A model generated the notes under the pieces. It was not told the DNA's origin, did not search any database, and worked only from the letters and a program-made list of their open reading frames with translations. 64,000 nt of DNA. It comes from an uncultured Gammaproteobacteria bacterium. Its GTDB lineage: Bacteria; Pseudomonadota; Gammaproteobacteria; Arenicellales; Poriferihabitantaceae. Positions 59,683-64,000 of the stretch are shown here, in pieces. Where the stretch lies: positions 20,086 to 84,085 of the forward strand of contig CALKKV010000017.1 in the NCBI GenBank assembly GCA_937992195.1. Reading direction: 5' to 3'. The translations under genes were made by a program, and so were the position numbers. Each line of letters opens with the position of its first letter. Position 1 is the stretch's first letter.

Positions 59683-60603
59683 GTGCGCAGTCGCTATGCA
59701 CCGAGTCCAACCGGCCCTTTGCATCTTGGCAATATCCGCACCGCATTAATTACCTGGTTACACGCAAACCTCACTAACGCTGACCTCTTCCTGCGTTTTG
59801 ACGATCTCGACACACCCAGAAATCGAGCGGATTCAGTCGAACAAATACAGGCGGACCTTCACTGGTTAGGACTAGACTTTGCGCCGGAAATTTACTTTCA
59901 GTCAGATCACCTGCCCGATTACGAAGAAGCGTTTGACTATCTTCGCAGTCGTGATCTTATTTATCCATGCAGTTGTTCCAGGAAAGAAATTCAGAGCGAA
60001 GCAAGCGCACCTGACAGTCGCTTTCCAGCAGGTCGCTATCCTGGCACCTGCCGCCCTGAGAAGAACAAAGCAGCAATAGCAGAGAGCGATCAATTAGCCT
60101 GGCGGTTTATCTTAGACGACGAAGACCTCTTATTTGAAGACCAGATCGTCGGCAAACAAACGGAAAACCCCTGGCAAAAAACCGGCGACTTTGTAATTAA
60201 ACGCAAAGACGGTTTCTTTGCCTATCAGCTAGCAACCGTTATCGACGACAGAAACCTCGCGATAACCCACGTCGTAAGAGGAATAGACTTAATCGATTCA
60301 ACCTGCAGACAACTCGCCTTGTACAGAGCGCTGGATATTTCCCCACCAACCTACTGGCACGTTCCTTTAATGCTCGATGAAAATGGTGAAAAGCTATCAA
60401 AGCGAGATGGCGCAGCTTCACTTGTGTTTTATCAACAACAAGAAAAGAGTGCGGAAGACATTATCGGCATACTTGCCGCATCTCTTGGTTTGATAGATCA
60501 AGAAACAAGTTTAAGCTCGAACGAATTGCTAGACTCCATCACTCTGGAAAAACTAAAAGCTTCACTAGTAACAATCACAGCCAGCGCAATAACCAACTGT
60601 TAA
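59683..60603 (+). CDS. gluQ: Glutamyl-Q tRNA(Asp) synthetase
   Basis: APSPTGPLHLGN, CSCSR, YPGTC, YQLATVIDD, KLSKR; no anticodon-binding domain. Confidence 0.92.
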   Translation: MRSRYAPSPTGPLHLGNIRTALITWLHANLTNADLFLRFDDLDTPRNRADSVEQIQADLHWLGLDFAPEIYFQSDHLPDYEEAFDYLRSRDLIYPCSCSRKEIQSEASAPDSRFPAGRYPGTCRPEKNKAAIAESDQLAWRFILDDEDLLFEDQIVGKQTENPWQKTGDFVIKRKDGFFAYQLATVIDDRNLAITHVVRGIDLIDSTCRQLALYRALDISPPTYWHVPLMLDENGEKLSKRDGAASLVFYQQQEKSAEDIIGILAASLGLIDQETSLSSNELLDSITLEKLKASLVTITASAITNC

Positions 60604-60771
60604 CCGCTGTAATAGTTAACTAACAGTTAACACGGGCTTTTCTTTCAGAGGGAATTAAAAATACGCGAATATTTATCAAACATTTCAATTGGTTATAAAG
60701 CAATAAAAATATCTTAGTTACCAACGCTGCAACTAACAAGTACAATTGATCGTTTAAACAGGAGTAAGACA

Positions 60772-60834
60772 ATGAGAAGTAAAGGAATTTTAAAAAACCG
60801 GAAAATATTAGTTGCTCCCCGTTCGTCTCATTAG
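60772..60834 (+). pseudogene. 20-codon ORF or truncated gene start, MRSKGILKNRKILVAPRSSH
   Basis: AGGAG 7 nt before the ATG; first residues loosely resemble cold-shock-domain fusion N-termini. Confidence 0.3.
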
Positions 60835-60852
60835 CTGCTATGTAATGCTAAG

Positions 60853-61206
60853 GTGAAGCTATTAACGGAAACAACGGATCAAGCAGAGTTAAATAGGCTC
60901 CGATTGTTGTATGAATCGAAGGGCATAATTGTACATATTGGAAATGAAAATACTGCTGGAAATTACCTATCTTTCCATCCATCCGGAAAGTATGCTTTGT
61001 TTGTAGTTTATGAAGAACAATATAAAGATGCCAAGATACTTTTGGAGAACGAAAACCACATAGTGGATAACCCGTTAGATATAGCAGTATATAAAAAGAA
61101 TCTTGACGAAAGCGCTGGTCTACATATGGGGAAAATGCTTAATGTGCTCTCTATTGTTCTAGGTCTTGTGGTGGTTATTGGGGTGGTTTTGTATTTTCAA
61201 GTGTAG
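60853..61206 (+). CDS. DUF2007-like protein with C-terminal TM helix
   Basis: LYESKGI, VVYEEQYKDAKILL, hydrophobic C-terminus. Confidence 0.7.
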   Translation: MKLLTETTDQAELNRLRLLYESKGIIVHIGNENTAGNYLSFHPSGKYALFVVYEEQYKDAKILLENENHIVDNPLDIAVYKKNLDESAGLHMGKMLNVLSIVLGLVVVIGVVLYFQV

Positions 61207-61209
61207 CTT

Positions 61210-61268
61210 ACATAACAAGAATTCAAATAAATCGGACGGCTACGTCGCTGATCTGACACCACTTTAGT
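61210..61268 (+). repeat. Degenerate attC-like element
   Basis: ACATAAC-AAG 3 nt after the stop; central ATCGGACG-GCTA-CGTCGCTGAT hairpin; right core decayed (CTTTAG). Confidence 0.45.
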
Positions 61269-61355
61269 AGACGAATTTTTACATTTACTAAAGAGGTACA
61301 GTGAAGCGAAAGCAATTGAAAAACCGCGATGCGCTGAAAGATATCTGTTTAAGAA

Positions 61356-61680
61356 TCAATATTCTTTTAAAACAGCTTTTCTGTCGACCATGTAGACTTT
61401 ACATGGCGCATCAATAGCGTTCTGCTTTCGAAATTTTTTGCAGTTTTCCATTGCTGTCTGTTTGGCTTCACTCCTACTGCGTTCACCATATGCTGTGCCA
61501 TAAGCCCAGCGCCCTCCGATATCTCGAGCCACAGCCAAGGATCTATTTCTTCTTTCATTACTGAACCTCTTGACTGCTTCTAAAAATTGCACTTTAAAAC
61601 GGTCATAACCAGTTTCAGATTTATATGAAAAAATTGAAACTACCGATACACATACAAATGCTGAATACTATAGGTGTCAT
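61356..61680 (-). pseudogene. Disrupted secreted DUF4189-like protein
   Basis: GRWAYGTAY...EAKQTAMENC...APCKV. Frame is open only up to 61667 (TAG at 61670-68); ATG 61680 with a hydrophobic leader is in another frame. Confidence 0.5.
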
Positions 61681-61704
61681 TCTTTTGGGACTAGGCTTCT
61701 ATGT

Positions 61705-62240
61705 ATGAACTTTTTGCTGTTCGAAAAACCTGATACCCAGGAAGTAATTAAACTTTTTACCCGTGGGTTCGCTGCGACCGAAAGAGAGGGCGAAGGAAAA
61801 TTCATAGCCAATCTGGTTTCAAATCTCATTAGCGAAACCAAGCCTTCAGATTTATTTTGTTATGTGGCAAAAGATTACGGAGCTGTTGTTGGGTGTATAT
61901 TTTTCAGCCGCTTTATTGTGCCAAGCCCACAGATCGCTTTAATCCTTTCGCCCGTTGCAATCGATACTGAAAGTCAGGGCAAAAAGATAGGCCAACGCTT
62001 AATTCGCTACGGTATAGAAAATTGAGATCGCAAAATGTAAATTTAGTGTTTACCTATGGTGGCTCTTCTTTTTATCGTAAAACCGGGTTCAGGCAAATTC
62101 CTGAAAATATCGTTAGAGCGCTGTTCCCGCTAAGTCCGCCTGTTGGTTCGCTCGCGCAGTCGCTGGATGGAAACCCTATTGCTGGGATGAACGGTTCTTC
62201 ACAATGTGTTGAGGCACTCAGCGACCCAAGCCACTGGTAA
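61705..62240 (+). pseudogene. Frameshifted GNAT N-acetyltransferase
   Basis: LSPVAI...QGKKIGQRLIRYGIEN* continues in another frame as LRSQNVNLVFTYG...FY.KTGF; one missing base at AATTGAGA (~62022) would join them. Confidence 0.8.
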
Positions 62241-62342
62241 AAAAACACCCCTTCTGCGAAAGAAAAGACGCGTGTTACAAGGTACATCAGTCTACAGCTA
62301 CAATCTTCGGTATCATGAAGACGTTACCATTCGGTCCAAACA

Positions 62343-62984
62343 ATGAATCAATCTCCAAACACTAAGCGTGACTTAATCGAAGGGCGCCCCGCCCTTATCG
62401 TAGTCGATATCCAGGCAGAGACTTTTTACGACAGAACCGATGAAGCTATTCCTACAATGCCGGATTATGCTGGTCGAATGCTTAATGCGCGCGCTGTAAT
62501 CGACAAGGCACGGGAAAGAGGAATTCCCATCATATTTATTCAGGAAGTTCACCGCCCTGACCTGGTGGATTTTGGGCGTGAGCTTGATGGCAGTGAAGCT
62601 GTTCATTGCATCGAAACGGATCCTGGAACCGACATCGCGGTAAAAGAAATGGGTTTTCTTCCCAACGACTATTTAATCAAAAAGCGACGCTATTCAGCTT
62701 TTTTCGGCACAGATTTCGAGATTTTGTTACGCGGATTAAAAATAGATACGCTTTTATTGTGCGGCGGTCTTACCGATGTTTGCGTACACTATACATTTGT
62801 TGACGGACATCAATCTGACTACTTTTGTCGCGTTATCGAAGATTGTGTTGCAGGTTCTAGTGAAGACGCACATGAGGCGTCCCTGCGAGCAATGGAGTAT
62901 CTTCAAACAGGGGCGCGCTGTTCCGTTGACGCTGTCCTAGAGGCAATGGAGGAGGTTGGTTCTGATCGGACCGCTGCGGCATAA
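62343..62984 (+). CDS. Cysteine hydrolase, isochorismatase family
   Basis: VVDIQ, KRRYSAF, GGLTDVCV. Confidence 0.92.
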   Translation: MNQSPNTKRDLIEGRPALIVVDIQAETFYDRTDEAIPTMPDYAGRMLNARAVIDKARERGIPIIFIQEVHRPDLVDFGRELDGSEAVHCIETDPGTDIAVKEMGFLPNDYLIKKRRYSAFFGTDFEILLRGLKIDTLLLCGGLTDVCVHYTFVDGHQSDYFCRVIEDCVAGSSEDAHEASLRAMEYLQTGARCSVDAVLEAMEEVGSDRTAAA

Positions 62985-62987
62985 CAA

Positions 62988-63194
62988 ATGTTCGAAATGC
63001 TAGAAGCGGTTCTGCACATAATTTTCTATCCAAGTTTGATCATAGGATCGGTATGCGGGGCTGTCGTGGCAATGTTGATATCACGGTTCGTGTTTGGTGA
63101 GTTAATGCCTTTACCGATATGTGTAATAGCTATACGTTCTGCCTTCGGTAGCTATGCATATTTCGAGCGGCCGAACAAAGGCGGAACAAACTGA
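62988..63194 (+). CDS. Small hydrophobic hypothetical protein, possibly decayed
   Basis: 68-aa ATG ORF with two hydrophobic segments. Confidence 0.45.
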   Translation: MFEMLEAVLHIIFYPSLIIGSVCGAVVAMLISRFVFGELMPLPICVIAIRSAFGSYAYFERPNKGGTN

Positions 63195-63230
63195 ATATTG
63201 CTACGTTCAGACTTTAACTGAAGGTTAACC
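63185..63230 (+). repeat. Degenerate attC-like element
   Basis: CTGAA...GCTACG...TTCAG hairpin, then TTAACTGAAG-GTTAACC directly before the next ATG. Confidence 0.4.
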
Positions 63231-63629
63231 ATGACCGGAGAAAGTAACTTAAAGAAACTAATCGCATCCATGTCCCCAACCTTAATGAGCGGCGACTATG
63301 TGTTCTGCACGTTCTCAGATGCTCAATATGGGGATTATGCTGATCTAGAACCTATCGTCTCAGTCAAAGAAACAGAGGGGCTCACCTTAGTCATTTCTAA
63401 AAATAGGGCTGACGAAAAAATGTTAGCTTATGAGTCTGTCTTCAAAGGAATTACATTGACGGTTCATTCTAGTCTTGATGCAGTCGGACTGACTGCAGCA
63501 TTCTCTAGTAAACTTGGGGAATACGGAATAAGCGCAAATGTCGTTGCCGGTTACTACCATGATCATATTTTTGTGCAAAAGGAGCTTGCGGATAAGGCCA
63601 TTGAAGCACTCAATGAGCTTGCAGGCTAA
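63231..63629 (+). CDS. ACT-domain protein, DUF2241-like
   Basis: MTGESNL, ETEGLTL, ITLTVHSSLDAVGLTAA, NVVAGYYHDHIFV. Confidence 0.92.
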   Translation: MTGESNLKKLIASMSPTLMSGDYVFCTFSDAQYGDYADLEPIVSVKETEGLTLVISKNRADEKMLAYESVFKGITLTVHSSLDAVGLTAAFSSKLGEYGISANVVAGYYHDHIFVQKELADKAIEALNELAG

Positions 63630-63686
63630 CAATCAGAGACGGATATCCAGCCGAGCTCTGCCTGCGGACACTAGTGGCGCTTGGGC
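63624..63686 (+). repeat. Degenerate attC-like element
   Basis: GGCTAAC-AAT contains the stop codon; ends GCTTGGGC directly before the next ATG; 63 bp long. Confidence 0.45.
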
Positions 63687-64000
63687 ATGACAGGTAGCGG
63701 GAGTTGTGCTTGCGGCAAGATTCGGTATCAGCTGAAAGAAGAGCTTACCGACTGCAGTTATTGCCACTGTTCTATTTGTAGAAAATTGACAGGATCAGCG
63801 TTTGCAGCATACGGTGCTGTGGGTAAAGTAAGTTTTGAGTGGATTGGAGGAGAGAGCGAACTCTCCAGATATTCGCAAACGAAAGACACTGATAGATTAT
63901 TTTGTTCCGCATGTGGATCTTTTCTAGCTACGGAATACAAACCAGAACCAAATAGCTTATATATCTCTCTCGGGACTATGGACGAGTCACCAGAGATAAA
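63687..64000 (+). CDS. GFA/CENP-V family zinc protein; runs off the right edge (not in the ORF track)
   Basis: MTGSGSCACGKIRY...CHCSICRKLTGSAF...FCSACGS. Confidence 0.92.
   Translation, partial: MTGSGSCACGKIRYQLKEELTDCSYCHCSICRKLTGSAFAAYGAVGKVSFEWIGGESELSRYSQTKDTDRLFCSACGSFLATEYKPEPNSLYISLGTMDESPEI

Larger units (their letters stand above)
60604..64000 (+). mobile_element. Decayed integron-cassette-like array; no integrase in window, continues past the right edge
   Basis: Visibly AT-richer DNA, short unrelated genes mostly co-oriented, stop codons inside or beside TAAC inverse-core-like words, attC-like spacer remnants, frameshifted genes. Confidence 0.5.

Noticed and set aside
60819-60827. 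Exact Pseudomonas AlgR box core CCGTTCGTC
   Set aside because: A single 9-mer in 64 kb on two strands is unsurprising by chance, and it lies in decayed accessory DNA.
1-64000. Many 60-190 aa antisense or alternate-frame ORFs; search for CRISPR, IS, rRNA, tRNA and prophage
   Set aside because: The ORFs are shadows of well-supported genes with no motifs; no spaced repeats, transposase, integrase, phage genes or stable RNA genes were seen.

Overview
Mostly housekeeping chromosome of a Gammaproteobacterium; the lptM-lysA, argH/algZ-algR, aa3-type cox and nadD-rsfS-rlmH-maf-rng gene orders support this. The left and middle carry an RND pair, a thiamine pyrophosphokinase-aroE-5'-nucleotidase operon, the cox cluster, proS, moeA/moaC, msrA/msrB, cca, trhO, a solo dynamin-like GTPase and many small enzymes. 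No rRNA, tRNA, CRISPR array, transposase or integrase was seen. Best candidate for an undescribed system: an RNA pair around the LytS/LytTR (AlgZ/AlgR-like) two-component genes. One partner is an unannotated ~120-nt three-stem small RNA (10989-11107) with exposed C5 motifs and an intrinsic terminator. The other is a ~110-nt rod-like structure in the algZ-algR spacer (12522-12631) whose exposed G5 loop and flanking helix strand are complementary to the sRNA. Other points: nadD has no ATG/GTG/TTG before its catalytic motif and probably starts at CTG or ATT; a class II sirtuin sits where heme A synthase usually lies in the cox operon; the last 3.4 kb look like a decaying integron-cassette-like array with attC remnants and frameshifted genes. 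All RNA folds and family calls were made by eye, with no folding or database search.
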